NCBI GenBank assembly: GCA_900088475.1
Contig: FLMG01003335.1
Span: 1 to 64,000 of the forward strand
Direction of reading: 5' to 3'
From: Hyphochytrium catenoides
Lineage: Eukaryota; Protista; Hyphochytriomycota
Length of the DNA stretch: 64,000 nucleotides
Both the position numbers and the translations under genes were made by a program. How positions within the stretch are numbered: position 1 is the stretch's first letter; every line of letters starts with the position of its first letter. The notes under the pieces were generated by a model. The model did no database searches, had not been told where the DNA came from, and saw nothing but the letters and a program-made list of their open reading frames with translations. Shown in pieces: positions 1 to 13,300 of the stretch.

Positions 1-61
1 TCCGCCACTGGATTCGAGCAGTCCTCGACAGATGTGCAGGAGGGGGTATCACTGGAAAACG

Positions 62-218
62 ACCATGGGTAATCTTTGGGGTACCGTGGAGTAAACCTAG
101 GGTAAACCTAGACCCAAAATTGATGGTGCTTCAAGAACCTTGGGTAATCATGAAATTGGTCGACTGAACCTAGGGTAAACATATAGCAATTGCTAAGAAC
201 ACAGGGTAAACATAGGGA
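62..218. repeat. Subterminal repeat cluster, consensus AACCTAGGGTAAAC (about 5-6 degenerate copies)
   Basis: Copies are ccatgggtaatc (63), gtaaacctagggtaaacctag (91), aaccttgggtaatc (136), aacctagggtaaac (167) and aacacagggtaaacataggg (198). The arrangement is typical of CACTA subterminal regions. Confidence 0.75.
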
Positions 219-1884
219 CTCAAAACTGTCTCCGCATTGAGATCATCAAGAACAAGGAATTAAGATAACTCTTTTAGGGATTATCATTTTAAGCAGACTT
301 GATGATAATCTTCACCACGGGCTGAATAACGGATCATTCACAACGAACACTGGAACTGGAACGACAACAGGAGAAAAGGCAAGCACCGACGGGTGATGTT
401 TGATGAGCGACAGCAGTAGCAGCGGCGCCAGCGAGAAGCAACCCTTTCTTACGCCGCTGCAACAACGGTCATCATTGGTCATCGTCAACACGTCATGTCA
501 CTACTTCTCAAGGAGGAAGCGTCCCGCGGAGACGAGCAAGAAAGAACTAGACCACCCAGTAGTGGAGAGATAGTAGGTAGGCGAAAAAAAGCAGAAGCAG
601 CAGAATGATGAACGAATGAACGAGCAAGAACGAGGAGAAGCTGAAGAAGGGGAAGAAGCAAGATGCACAACGACAGAAGGCGACGACGCCAACAATAATG
701 CCGTTCCCCCTCTAATAGGATGGAAAATTAAAGTGGCAGGCAATGCCGACAAGAAGACCGCTACAAGGAAGCAGCGAATGAAAGAGTAGCAGCAGCATGC
801 TCTCTTCCTATCCTTCTCCCTGCAAGAACGGTCGCCGAACGAGAGTTACGTAGGACTCCAGCAGCGGGTTCATCAGTCCACCAGGTAACGATGATTTTTG
901 GTATCAAGCATTTTGGGAGACAGGTTACTGTTCTTGCATCCATCACGTTGACCGTCTTCTGCTGTGGGGCCAGATGATAGACCACCCATGGCTAGAGTTC
1001 CGCTGATATCATAGAACGTCGTAAAGTAGCCGAATCAGTGAGAAAGCGTCGCATCATCATGGAGAGCAACGAAGAACAGAAGAATGTCCAGAAAAGGGCA
1101 ACTCGCCAAAACGCTTCCTCCGGTAGTGAAGACGACGGAGGAGACGACGATTTGGAGGAGGAAACCTACTCTTGGCAGTACTATTATAGGCAAGGATACT
1201 TTACAGTCTCCCGAATGCACAGTGACGATCGTCATTGCAAGTGTACCGTGAGTGTGATTTCTAAGCGCTAAGCAAATAGTGTATTATGACCTCTGCCCCA
1301 CTTTCAGTTCCTGGCATTAACGCGGATGACTTCTGTTTAATGCACCTCGTCATTTAGGATTGCACCGCAGCTCATCTGGACGGTTTATATCTCTCCCGAT
1401 ACCATTATGGCAAGCATAACAGGACCATTACGCCCAGGAAAAGGAGAAAAATGAGGGAAAACCTGACGCCATCGCCCCTACGTACTGCTAGCACAGAGAG
1501 GACTTCATCACCTCTAGGATATCCCCACCGTGTCTCCCTGATGGAATCACAGACCAAGGAAAATGTGCAGAGGGGAAGCCAAGCAACCGTCCTCCACCCT
1601 CTTCTGGACTCTTTGAGGGCGAAGGTCATGCCGAAGCAATCTCAACAACAAGTAGGGACGACGCCCCTGCCATCAAATGTTACACAGGTGGAGCAACAGG
1701 AAGAGATTTCTTCTTTTGACTTTGAAGCTGATGAGGCTAGAGAAGGGTCAGATATAGAGTTCGGCGAGACTACTACTGGTCCTGACGGTCTCGCCATAGG
1801 TAAGTTTGTGATCTCCAGAGTGATTCTCTCTTCCATTCAGCTGAGCTGCAGCCTCTGTCGCGAAGCAGTCTGAGAAGTTCTAGT

Positions 1885-4800
1885 ATGAGATCTGCTAACT
1901 TCTCTTTGTTCGCACCAGGTTCAGGGACGTCAGGTACTGGGAGAAGTCCGAGGGTTGACTCACGACTAGAGCGAATAAAGGAGGCAGGAATCGATCCTGG
2001 GGACCCGGAGATACTATGCGCACTCCTTGATAATGGATGGCGCTGGTTACCTTTTGGTGTCCTCCAGTCTCCGGAAGGGAAAAGAATAATGAATGGGATA
2101 GTTGGCGCTCTAGAGAGCCTTACTGAAGAACTCTTCTCCAGAATCCTCGCTACTGCGGTTTCCTCAGCAACAAGGACAAGGATAGTAGGAGAAGGGCGAG
2201 AGGAGGGCTCTTGTGCTACTTCCTCGTCAGACGGCGAGGACTCCGACGCTCAGCAGGAACTTCTACGACAGATGGGAGCTCTTTCAATTGATCAGTTAAG
2301 AGAAAGAAGGGGCAGCGAGTCCAGTGAACAAGAAGACAGAGAGGATGGAATGCAGGATCTCAAGGGAAAGAACGACGACGGTGAAAAAGAACCCACGCCG
2401 GAAATTGTGACTGAGGACGGTTCAGCGAAAGTGAACGAGTCCATTGGTGGGATGGGCAGCGTACAATGGTGGATGAGAGGCTGGACTGACATCAGAACAT
2501 TCATAGAGGCTGGTAAAAGTTATACTTACTCCACCCCCAGCTCTCCTCGGTCGTCGACTGAAAATCTGAGAGCAGAGATCGCATCTCAAATGTGTAAGCC
2601 TATGATGCCAAAGTATCATTTCAGTCCTTTGGAAGAAGTGGCCAAATGCCATTTGGAGCGCCTCGTGTCACAGGCTGCGCCTAAAAAGCACATTGAGAGC
2701 ACTTATACAATGCAGAGAGAAGGGTTTGTATTGACTCGTGCAGCTCTAGGCGACCCCAACGCGGACAAGTTGCCTTCATATCGTCAAGTTCTTCGGACTA
2801 TGCGTAATCTAGGCTCCAAGGTTGTAAAGATTGGTAAGTGATGCGAACAATTGTCTGACTTCAAACAGCTTTCTCTGTCTCTCTCTAACTTGAGAAAAGA
2901 TTGCTGCAGGAGGGGATGCTTGTTATATTATGGCGCCAACATGCTGAGAACCAGCTGCCCCTATTGCTCCGCGCCTCGCTGGTGGCACACTGGGAATAAA
3001 CGCAAAAGAAAAGTAGCATCGTCAGCGTATTACTTCTCGTTACAAGGCCTCATCCGACAGTTATTTATGGATAAAGAAGTTGCTCGTGCCATGGCAAGCC
3101 ATGAAGAGCATGTGAGGCAGTGTCAGGAGCTAAACGAGGGCAAAGACAAAGGCGATTGGGAGATGCACGACATTTGGTGTTCGGATGGGTGGGACACCTA
3201 CTTTCTGGAGGCACAAAGGAGAGAAGGTGGCTATCAATCGAAGAATCTGGCCCTAGTGCTCTCGACAGATGGTGTCACCCCTTTCCAGTTTGGGAAAAGT
3301 AAGTACACCATGTGGCCATCTCAGTGATGATTCTCAACCTCCCCCATCGAATGAGGATAGCCCACGAAAATGTTCTGATACCAGCCCTCATTCCGGGACC
3401 AAAGAAATCCCAAGGACTTAAACAGTTTTCTTGAGCCGCTGCGTGATGAGCTGCAACATATGCGCTTGAACGGGTTCGATGTAGTTGACTATTCTTTGAG
3501 CGATCTACCAACCCTACGGATCAAGGCCTTCCTCCTCTTCATCGCTGGTGACCATAAGGCTCTCGTCAAGGTGATGATCTTTTGTTCCTCTTCAAGATGG
3601 ACTTAGGATTACCTATCTGCCGCCTGTCATCATCATGAAGGTGTTAATGATCTCCTTGCTGACGTTTTCACCGTTCTGCTCAGATTTTTGGATGGGTGGA
3701 CGTCGGGAGAAAGGGCGTGCCCGCGTGTGGCAGCTGTAATGGCTGCATTGGGTTCAGAGATGGGATAATGAGCCAGACCGTGTATCCTTCTTCCTTCTCA
3801 GCTGCCCAAAATGGATGCTGGAAGAGATGGTCCAACGACGATTACCTCCACTTGGCAGGACAAAAGGACGAGAGTATGGGCTGCAGTACACCTCCTTTTC
3901 ACTCGCCCACAGATTATTAGCTTCAACTTCAGTCTTTATGTTGTCTGGATGTGCCTTTGTCTCACTCCTTCTTTTGCGCCTTTGTATAGGATCAGGCTTT
4001 AACGGGATATGTTGCTTTGCAAAGTCTTCTGGCTTTGACTATCCCCATATGCATGGGCCAGATTGTATGCACTGCCTGAAAAACGTCATTCAGAGGCTCG
4101 TAGATATGATGCTGGGCAATCTCCTCACTCGGAAGGTGTGGGATAGTGAGAAGAAGAATAATAGAGATACCACTGGACCAGGCCAACTTGAGGAGGTGGA
4201 ACCGCACGAGGAAGTGGCGAACGGAGAGGGTAAAGCTTCTCCTTCAACCTCTGAAAAGATGGGAGGCTGGGCGACCCGTGTCATATTTCTCTTTCCCACT
4301 AGCTTGAAACATCTCTCTGTTTTCTCTCTCCCTACAGCGTTCGCTTTCTCTATTTCTGTCCCTCACTTGTTCTACTCTCTTCACTCATTCTCTGTGGATG
4401 ACAAATGTTTCCTCTCGTTTGGGATCATGCTCTGGCGCTTAATATCTCTTCTTTGCCTAACCCTAACCTAACGCATACGCCTTGTACGGTCTTCCGTGAA
4501 CAGCCTCAACGCAGCATGGGAAGGCCACTAGAGCGATTGGCAGGAAAACGAAGAAAACATCGTCACAGAAGTTAGACCTCAAGACTCCGTTTACCATTAC
4601 ATCCGCAGCAAGACTTATAGCTCATCAGGAGCTCCAAGCATACGTTCTCAATCCTGACATCTCTGACTCTACGGCTGTTAACATGTTCAGACCAATGTCC
4701 CAAGGCGGTAGAGGTGCTATGCGGACAGCGGACTGGCTGCGCTTTCCCCTCATCTGGGGCAAAGCTGCCTTCCGCTTTGATGAGGCAGATGGGGGCTTGT

Positions 4801-5976
4801 CCAAAGACGTAAGGGCCGTCTGGTTCAGATTCTGTGATGTTGTTCAAGACCTTGTGGACAGGACTATCACTAGAAATAATGCGAGAGATCTTCAGGCCAG
4901 AGTATTGGAGGTCATTCAAGACATAGAGCGCCTTTTTCCTCGTAAAGTGCTTACCCAGATGCTGCATAAAATGGGACATCTTTGCGACAACATTCTGATG
5001 TGGGGACCAAGCTATTGTTTATGGTGAGGTTAACCTAAGTACTAAGGCGCTGTGATGCAACAGTAGTACTAATCCACGCTCATGTTCCTCGTATCGAAGG
5101 CTTTTCCCTTTTGAGCGCACAATGAAGCCAATCACCAGCCTCATCCACTCTCCAAAAAACCCTGCAGCAGATGTCAGCGACGGTCTGCAGCTCATATTAG
5201 TGAGCAGGGCCATATGGTCTCTACATCTTGCGTCTTGTAAGCCATTAACTTCCGGAGAACTACTTCATGAGCAGACTAACCAGATTTTGCGACAGAGCTG
5301 TTACAAGGTATGGTAGCGCAGGGGCAAGGGCAGCTGTATAAGTCGCCGTCGGTGACAGACAGTTCATTTCTATTTCACAAAGTTCGGTATCACAGTCTCT
5401 ATACTCCGCTTCTCCCAATTTTCCCGTCAACTCTCATCGGCATTCTAACATCACTCTTCTATTATTGATCATCAGGTTTTAGACGACGATGACGCTGCAT
5501 TTGAAAGTCACGGAGAAGACACGTACCAGCGCCTCATTGGGGACACATGGCTGCCACGCCCTTATTTTGACCGCCTTCCTGTATGTGGTTTGGAATTCGG
5601 CACAGTCCCGTATGGGCCTGTCCCAGATCACGATTTGAAGCACCAGAAAGGCATATGCAAGGATCATAAACTGTGCGACATGATCCAAACAGGCCTGGCC
5701 AAGTGGCTATTCATCAACTGCAGCGCCTATAGGCAGCTCTGGAGTAAATACTTTGCACAGCCCAACCGCAAGCGGCTAACCAAGCTATCTCGCTACGAAC
5801 TAGAAGACTTTCAGCGTTTTTTTTCTGATATGGAGCAAGCAGAGAAGCTCAACCCTCTCCAGGAAGAGCTTGTGGGCGGTGTCATGGGTAGAATGGACGC
5901 AAACCCAAGCCACCAAGAGCACTCATTATACTCCAAAGTGCGCCACAGAGCACTCACACTCTCGTCTTCCAGATGA
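1885..5976 (+). pseudogene. Intron-containing En/Spm transposase (Transposase_21/Tnp2 plus DUF4218-like region), frameshifted
   Basis: Motifs: CCRRGCLLY..CPYCSAPRW; NLALVLSTDGVTPF..WP-(ISV)MILNLP..LIPGPK-(N)PKDLNSFLEPLRDEL; D-x-MH (PDCMH); LHKMGHLCDNILMWGP..W/LFPFER. Frameshifts at ~3316 (missing C) and ~3405 (extra A). Confidence 0.88.
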
Positions 5977-7535
5977 CACCGGATAAGACTTGCACTGGAC
6001 TTCATTTTACCATTTTCCAAAAAAGCCCCTCGGATCTGCACACCTCTGTGGCGCACTTTGGGGCCCAAATTGGCCTTAGCAAAGAGGAAGTGCAGTGCAG
6101 CAAGGGATAGCGGCAGTAAGAAGGAGAGTAGTTGTGTGTCACGGAGTGATGATGCAGGCATGGTTTTCCCACTTTCTGACGGGTGGTGAGGAGTGGGTTT
6201 TTATTTAGTCCAGCCTGTATCGCAGTGCATGTTCTGTTAGTCGTCGGTTTGTAAGTAAGTAAGTCTTAGTTGTAGGAGTAAAAATTACTTGGAAAGAACG
6301 TCCGGTGATCATCTTCGTGCAGGAGGGGGTGGGAACTCCGAAGGGAGGGGAGGCTTTAGGGAGGGGCGTGTGGTGAACTACGTTCCCTACCCGGCCAAGA
6401 ACCCCCTCTCCCATCCATCCCAAGTCTCTGGGAGCCTCAGTACCATTCGGGCTCTTACATCTCCTACTGTAGTAGTTCTATAGATGCTGACATGTATAAC
6501 CACCAAGCATTTTCCCCGTCACAAGAGACATCTCCACACATCTGACTGACAGTGGATCTTTCACTTCATCCGTTACAAAATTCCCTGCTCTGTGCCGCCT
6601 ATCTCTTTATAATAAGAAAACGCGCATCATCTTTCTTTTCCACCTCCATCGCCCTCCTCACCGACCTCCTCCTTCCTTGTCTTCATTTCCGGCCGTTCTA
6701 TCAGAGCTGGAATCTTCTCTCCTGCCTCGAGGCCCACCATCCAGAAGGCGCAGAGCTTTGCTATGGCTTATTGGCAGTGAGCCATCCATCCGTTGAGAGC
6801 GCTGAATCTTTTTCCTGCTTGTCTGAGATGTCTCTTGCTGGTTGGAGCGGAGGCAGGGGGCTGATGGACTCTTTCCCCTCTTCCTTGTGTCCATCTACCT
6901 ACACACAGCGGAGCCAGGAAACGTCATGTCCACCTCTTGCTTAACCCCGTAGATTATGAACATTATCTCTAGAGATAGTGTTAGACTATCGATCAATTAA
7001 GACGAACCCTTCCAACTATCCTGTTTTGTCGTAAGCTAAATTTATAGCTACTTGAATTCTTATCAAGGAACCAGTGCCCCCATGGCACTGCGCTCTTCCC
7101 TTTCCAGGCTATCTTTGGACCGTGGTCGTCTTTCTTGTTGAGTCCTCTGGCCGGCCGTGCACCTGTAATCTTTTACCATCATAGAATAATTCCTGGTAAG
7201 TCCAGAGGGTAAGACCCGAACTTTATCGTACTTCTTATGGACGATACAGCTCTGCAAAACAACTCTACCAGCCGTGGAGGCTGCACATAAAGATAGACAT
7301 CTCTTTGCTGAAGGCTGAAGCTCCGCTCCGAGCACTACTCAGCTGCAAGATTACCTGCACTTTCGCTCCCATTAGTCGGATTCCTTCGCGCTCCTAAGGG
7401 CTAGGACGAGACGTCCCTTTGCTTGACGAGATTCAGAACAGTACCACCTCCTCTGAGCCCTGACCTACGCTAACATTTGAAATAGTGCATAAGTACGCAC
7501 AGCATAGAAATTTTGAGTTTGATTTTCTTCCCAAG

Positions 7536-9203
7536 ATGGCAGCTAGAGATTGGTCACGACGATTCAAAGTCGCTTGTCGCAGTCATGAGCTCTATGGAGA
7601 GGTGCTTACGGAGAAGATGCAGATCATAAGCCTCAGGAAGAAAGATCCCCGGATGGAGCCCTTCATCATGCATGCTCTGATGCGAAGGTTGCTCAATTTG
7701 TTGCCGGCAGAATTCCCGGTGTTTCTCATGGCGCAAACCGATGACGAGGTAAATCAGTAACGCTTGGGAGGTCTATCATTCCCTTAATGACTCGTGCTCT
7801 TTTGTCTCTTAGTTAACACTTGTGGCTCACGAAAGCTTCAAGTGTCCCGATGTGGTGATACAAAGCGTCAGGAAGGGTTGTAGCATTCTCCGCTTCAGCA
7901 CGACGAGTGCAATAATACGATCGGAGGACAGGACGGGAGTGGTTGGGGCAATAATGGACCCTCTAGTGACAACTGAGTTTCCAATGCTCCATTTCAGTAC
8001 AAGGACCGCCCATCTGCTAATCGGTAAGCCCCAACCATTCATGTCAAACGTCGCTGTGTATACTCTACCGCTATCCTTTACTTTTGTCGCTACGATCTGG
8101 TCCTATCAAATCCCTCTCTTATGCCTTCTTCCTCCACGATGTCTTCCGTCTCAACCGAACATTTGATGACAGTGCCTGGAGAGAACACCAGATCGATCGT
8201 CGACCGCTTTCGCACTAGGGCGGACTGCGCGTGCTATTGTTGTGGAAGAGATCCATTCCCGTCGTCGCCCTCCCATACACTGGCCAGCGTCACATCAGCC
8301 TTTTTCCCGGGCCAAGGAGCGCGGGATAAGCTGCAAGTAGAACGGAAGAGGGCAATGATTGAACAATTTGACGGGCTTAAAGCGGTTGTCAACACTGACC
8401 TATGCCCCGATGGCATCCTAGATCCGCCAACCCTGTTTCACCAGCTATCGTCGGGATCCTCCATAGACTTTGAAGCAGACGAGTCGGAGGTTGATCTTAA
8501 TAGTGTGTCAGGCTCGCTGGTGCAATTCAGCTTCAAGCTCAGTGACCTTCCAAGGTAGGAGCCTTGTTTAGATAGCGGTAGAGAGAGAAAAGAACTACGG
8601 CCTCAGATCCAGTGAAGGACACATCGGTTGAGTGGGCTCCGACCGTATAGGAAAAACTAGAAGAGTACTAGGATGAATGAAAACTCTCAGATTAACCAGC
8701 ATAGGCACTTTGGGTCCGCTAAAGGTCGGAAGGCTAGGACAGTGAATAGGAGGTGGAAATAGCTTGAATGAAGCTTGATTCGGATCGCTAATCGCCGCTT
8801 TCTACCCCGCAGTTGCTCCAGACCATTGTTACAGAGCGTATTCTACCCTCCTGATGGCATTGAGGGGCACTTTCTAACCTGCAGCTATTTGGAGGACGAG
8901 GTGACTCTGTGCTTGGACCACAGACTTGCCGCGCTTTTTCCTACAGATACACTAGGCTACCAAGGTCCTAAGCAGCAATGGACTGCCATACGGATAGGGC
9001 AAGGCGCGGTGCCGACAACCGAGAACAGTGTCGTTAGCTCCATCGCGGAAGTTCTCCATCGAGTTAGCGTCCCGCTTCTTTTAGCAAGCACATCTCATAC
9101 CGATTACTTTATGGTGGGTCCTGAGAGCCTTAAGTCGGCAGCGCAAGCCCTAGCTGCTTCTTTGCCAGTGTCGATCCATCTGCAACTGGAAGACAATCAA
9201 TAG
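7536..9203 (+). CDS. CASTOR/GATSL-like tandem ACT-domain protein (multi-exon; start uncertain)
   Basis: Two halves resemble CASTOR: IISLRK..HALMRRLL..FLMAQTDDELTLV..IMDPL..MLHFST, and FLTCSYLEDEVTLCLD..WTAIRIG..SSIAEVLHRVSVPLLLASTSHTDYFMV. GT-AG introns join the exons. Confidence 0.75.
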
Positions 9204-10302
9204 ATGCCAAGAACCTTGAGAACCATGATAGATAATATTTAAAAAGATAGTCGTTGCGATCTAGGCCGATTTGCCTTGCCTTCTGAGCTGCGCCTCATAC
9301 TAATGCAGATACTCGACCACTCTCGGACGGGCAACCCCCTCGATTATGTCGTACGAGGCCTAGGGCCTTCTTTTGCTATAACAATCCTCTTTGGATGGGT
9401 CCCAGCGTCGCGTGGATGGTCTTGACTTCATAGTTATTCGGATCGTCACTCCCATTTAGCTTGTAATCCTAGACAGACGCCACAATGGCCGCTAGCCTGG
9501 CGCAGCAGGGTGTTTCCAGTACGCTCCCCGAGAAAAGCGCGAAAGACAGCCAGATTCATTGAAGCATTCACTATATGAGCTATGCCCTCATACGGCCAAC
9601 GGTAACGGCGGAAGCGCTGTCATTCAAGAGAGAAGCCCCCATGAAGGAAATGAAAGTCTATGGAAGGGGGAACAATGATCACTAAGCATAGAGAAGAGAG
9701 GAAGCTTTAGATCTCTAGCTTTCAGACCTCGGAGAAAACCAAGAACACGCTTTATGGAGGCGGGAGCTGCAAGAAGGCGGCGACGTGAGGCAGCAAGAGG
9801 CAGAGCTAGGCTCAAGGCTAGCCTTGCTCATGGCAATGATGATGACTCAATGACCCTCTTGATGACAAAGCAAGCTCTAGAAATTTACATATTAAGCAAG
9901 TACCTGAACGTCTGGGATCACATGCTTCACATCTTCCATGCATGGTGGGGGTACCTCTCCAGATTGACGAATGCTATTGTGACGTACCTCCCTCTCATTT
10001 CTACTGATGATATTTCCCAGTTACAGGACCAGGGAGAGGATACCTCCCCTATGATGTCGGCGATAACCCCTCCATTTCCTTGTCAACCTGGGTACTGTAC
10101 AGAGTAGAAAGAGCAAAATAATTTCTCCTTTGCTATTTTCTGATCTGTGGCAACTTTCTACGTCGGATCTTCGGCAAAACGGCATGCGAACCATGTCCAG
10201 AAGTCCCGCTGGACTGTGAAGGTGGAAAGCTTAGAAGGCGAACGGTGTCGAAGCGCCAAGGTTGACAATATAAGATAGGACAAAGGTGATAAGTTGGTCA
10301 AG

Positions 10303-13300
10303 ATGGTCTCTGAGAGCGATAGGAGACTGGTATTCGCTTTTCTGGAATATCTGCAGCAGGTGCGAGCAGCCGATAGTTCCGTGGATGTCGAACAGCTAGA
10401 CGTAGTCTCCGATTGCCTCAGGTAATGCAAACTGGCGCAGCCTCTCCTTGCACTGGCTTTTTACATGCGTTGACCGGCTCTCTGTGCTGACAGTGGGGCC
10501 TTTGGGGTCAGTCTGGCAGACTCTTCTCATGATTCGAGATACTCCATTCGTCCAGCTTCTCTAGTGCAGGTGTTTGAAGCAGGATTGAAGGCCGTGCCGG
10601 TGAGTGGCAAGACTCACTGCGCTCTTTGTACTTCCTCTTTACTGTTGGCCCCTGTATCTGCATCCTTTCCCAACTAAGGATCTAGCTCTCAACTCGGACC
10701 ATGCTCCAACTCAAACCATGGTAAACCTTGCACTTCTTTTCCTCAACTCCGTACAAAGACTGCAGGGGGCAGCTCAGCAGCAACGTCGTCATCAGATGCC
10801 ACGATAATAGAGAAACGTAAGTGCTCTGTCTTTACTGCTCATCACTGTCCAACAGCCTCAAAGCCGTCCAATCGTTCTTCGGCTTTCTCTGCGTTGCCTC
10901 TTCTCGTCCTTGTGCAGATCCTGAGTTATGGAAGAAGTGGCTAGGCAAGCTGGAGGCCAAAGGCTTTTTCGCTGGTGCAGAAAAGGGCTCACCAGGTCCA
11001 TTATATCTGAAGTCTAAGCTATCTCTTTCATAACTTAAGTCTCCTTGACTACACTTATCTCTGTTGCTTTGTTGCGCTTCGTCCTCCTCTATATGTTGCT
11101 AGAATACCAGGACCGCTATCAGAAGGCTTTGGCTAAGTTTGCGTACCTTGTTATCTACCGCCTACACTTATCTCTGTTGCTTCGTTGCGCTTCGTCTTCC
11201 TCTATATGTTGCTAGAATACCAGGACCGCTATCAGAAGGCTTTGGCTAAGTTTGCAGAGAAGTTTGGAGAAAAGGGACAGGCTGCTCCCACATCCGCGCC
11301 GCCTGCAAGCTCAAGTACGGCCCCACCTCCTGCACCCCCAAAGAGCAAGGAAGACAGAGAGCTAGAAGCAGAGACAAAGAAAGCAGAAGGTAGAAAACAG
11401 TTGCACTGTTCTACGTTATTTCTATCGCTGAGCTAGGGCGTGAATCTCAGTCACTCGGAGCAACGAATCTCTCCTGTTGTCGTCGGCGTTCTGTACCATA
11501 CCTCCTGCCGATCCCAATCGTCATATGCATTGAGCTGTGTAACGCCTACTCTCTCCAGGCAATGCCGCTATGTCCGCACAGGCGTACGCGAAGGCCATTG
11601 ACTGCTACAATGCTGCCCTTGAATTAAGCCCAGACGGCCCGAACAGTCACATCTATCTTTCCAATAAGGCGGCCGCTCAAACTCATCTGCAGCAGTACGA
11701 TGAGGCCATAGAGAGCTGCGAGAAGGCGATAGCTCTAAATGTAAGTACTGAGATTATCTGGATGCAGCTGCTAGATGGTTTGTTACCTGGCCATCTATTT
11801 ATTTGCCTCTCTATCTACCTCTGGTCTATCGCATTGCCTCTTCGCACTACGACCAGGCTCTGGACGCCCCTCGCATGCTCTACGCTTTCGCCGTATTCCT
11901 TCGTCTTGCTCCGCTGTTCAGCATGACTAATGGCTTGTGCTGTTGCATCATGTTTCTTCGGCTTTCTCCTGACTATTTGCAACGACGTATATATGGGCCC
12001 ATTTGACACGATAAAGCCGAGCTACGGGAAGGCACATTCTCGTATGGGCTATGCTTACTACCAGCTAGGAGAGTACTCAGCTGCTGTAGAGGCATATCGG
12101 CGATCTCTGGAGCTGGACCCAAATAATGCTAACAGCAAAGAGTTTCTGGGGAAAGCAGAGGCTAAGCTTAACACTTCTCAAACGGTAGTTTTATCGGGAC
12201 CTGGCTCACCCTTAGGCTCATCTATTTGCACGTTCTAGCCTTCGTCCAAGCGGTCCGCTTTTGCCCCACATGCTCTGTTTGCTTCAGCCCGTTCTTCGAA
12301 TGCATTGAGCGGCCTATGGCGGGACTCTCTATTGCCTTTCGCCTTTTGTGTTGGATCACCCGTTGTCTTTCTATTGACAACCAGCTCTCCTGACAGTCAC
12401 GGGCAGTGCCTGGGAGTGGTGGCGGCGGAGCGCCAGGAGGTGGTATGGACCTCAACAGCTTGTTAGGCAGTCTTGGCGGTGGAGGAGGAGCAGGCGGACT
12501 GGCCGGGCTCATGAACAACCCAATGATGATGCAGATGGCTCAACAGATGATGAACAATCCACAGATGATGTCTATGTCAGTGTCTTAGCGTACCTCACCT
12601 GAACCTTTTTGGACAACTTCACCTCTGTTGACTATTTCCAGCCGTGTTTTTCTGTGTCTGCCTCGTTTCCTAGCTTGTCTTACACATGGCTGACGTGGGA
12701 CTCTCCTCTGCCCTATGACTGCCGCTTTCGTGGGTGGAAGTACCCGCCTCACGTATTGATCTGAGTTGGCCGTGCACCTGAGGCTCTTTCCAGTTCTTTG
12801 GCACTATAGACCACCTCTATTGATACTCTGGCTTACTTAGTGGTTGCTTCTCTGCACTCTCCTGTTAGGGCTCAGAACATGATGCAAAACCCTCAGATGA
12901 TGAACGACATGCTATCAGGTCTTGGAGGAGGCGGGGGAGGAGGACTGGGTAACCTATTTGGGGGAGCTGGTCCTGCAGCGGCAGCCGGAGGTGCAAGCAG
13001 TGCAGGTCAGAGTTTGGGAGGAAGCATGATGGCAAAAGTTGACGACAAGGTGCATGTTTATTGACTTGCGTCCGTTCTGCTCCTCAAAGGTCCTGACCTT
13101 GGTGCCATGGCTGCACTAATGAACCCTGAGAATATCCAGAGATTGAGAAGCGACCCTGAGGTATGAGGCCTCCCCTTTCCGTCCTTAGCTTGACGTCAAT
13201 TTACTTCCGGGTTATAGGGGCCGTTCTCCTCTAATTCACTGACTTTGCCTTGGCTTCTGCCCTAGCTCAAGTTCCTTATGGACGATCCAAAGATTAAGTC

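Larger units (their letters stand above)
50..6500 (+). mobile_element. CACTA/En-Spm (CMC) DNA transposon, decayed; 5' end CACTG at 50, 3' end not found
   Basis: The element starts CACTGGAAAAC at 50, followed by clustered subterminal repeats and a Tnp2-type transposase relic. No matching ...TTTTCCAGTG end was seen, so the right boundary is approximate. Confidence 0.8.

Noticed and set aside
4456-4473. CCTAACCCTAACCTAAC as a telomeric repeat
   Set aside because: Fewer than three units; it sits at an intron branch-point position (CTAAC).
34-6330. 14-bp direct repeat GTGCAGGAGGGGGT (34-47 and 6317-6330) as a TSD
   Set aside because: CACTA TSDs are 3 bp, the similarity does not extend, and 14-mer matches are expected by chance in 64 kb.
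1713-8485. DFEADE peptide shared by the transposon ORF and the CASTOR insert
   Set aside because: Only an 11-nt core in low-complexity acidic sequence.
9507-9521. GGGTGTTTCCAGTA as the right TIR, implying capture of the CASTOR gene
   Set aside because: It does not end in CAGTG, has no TAT target duplication and has no subterminal repeats.
9754-10107. 117-aa ORF between CASTOR and SGTA
   Set aside because: No recognisable motif or splice context, so it cannot be supported as a gene.
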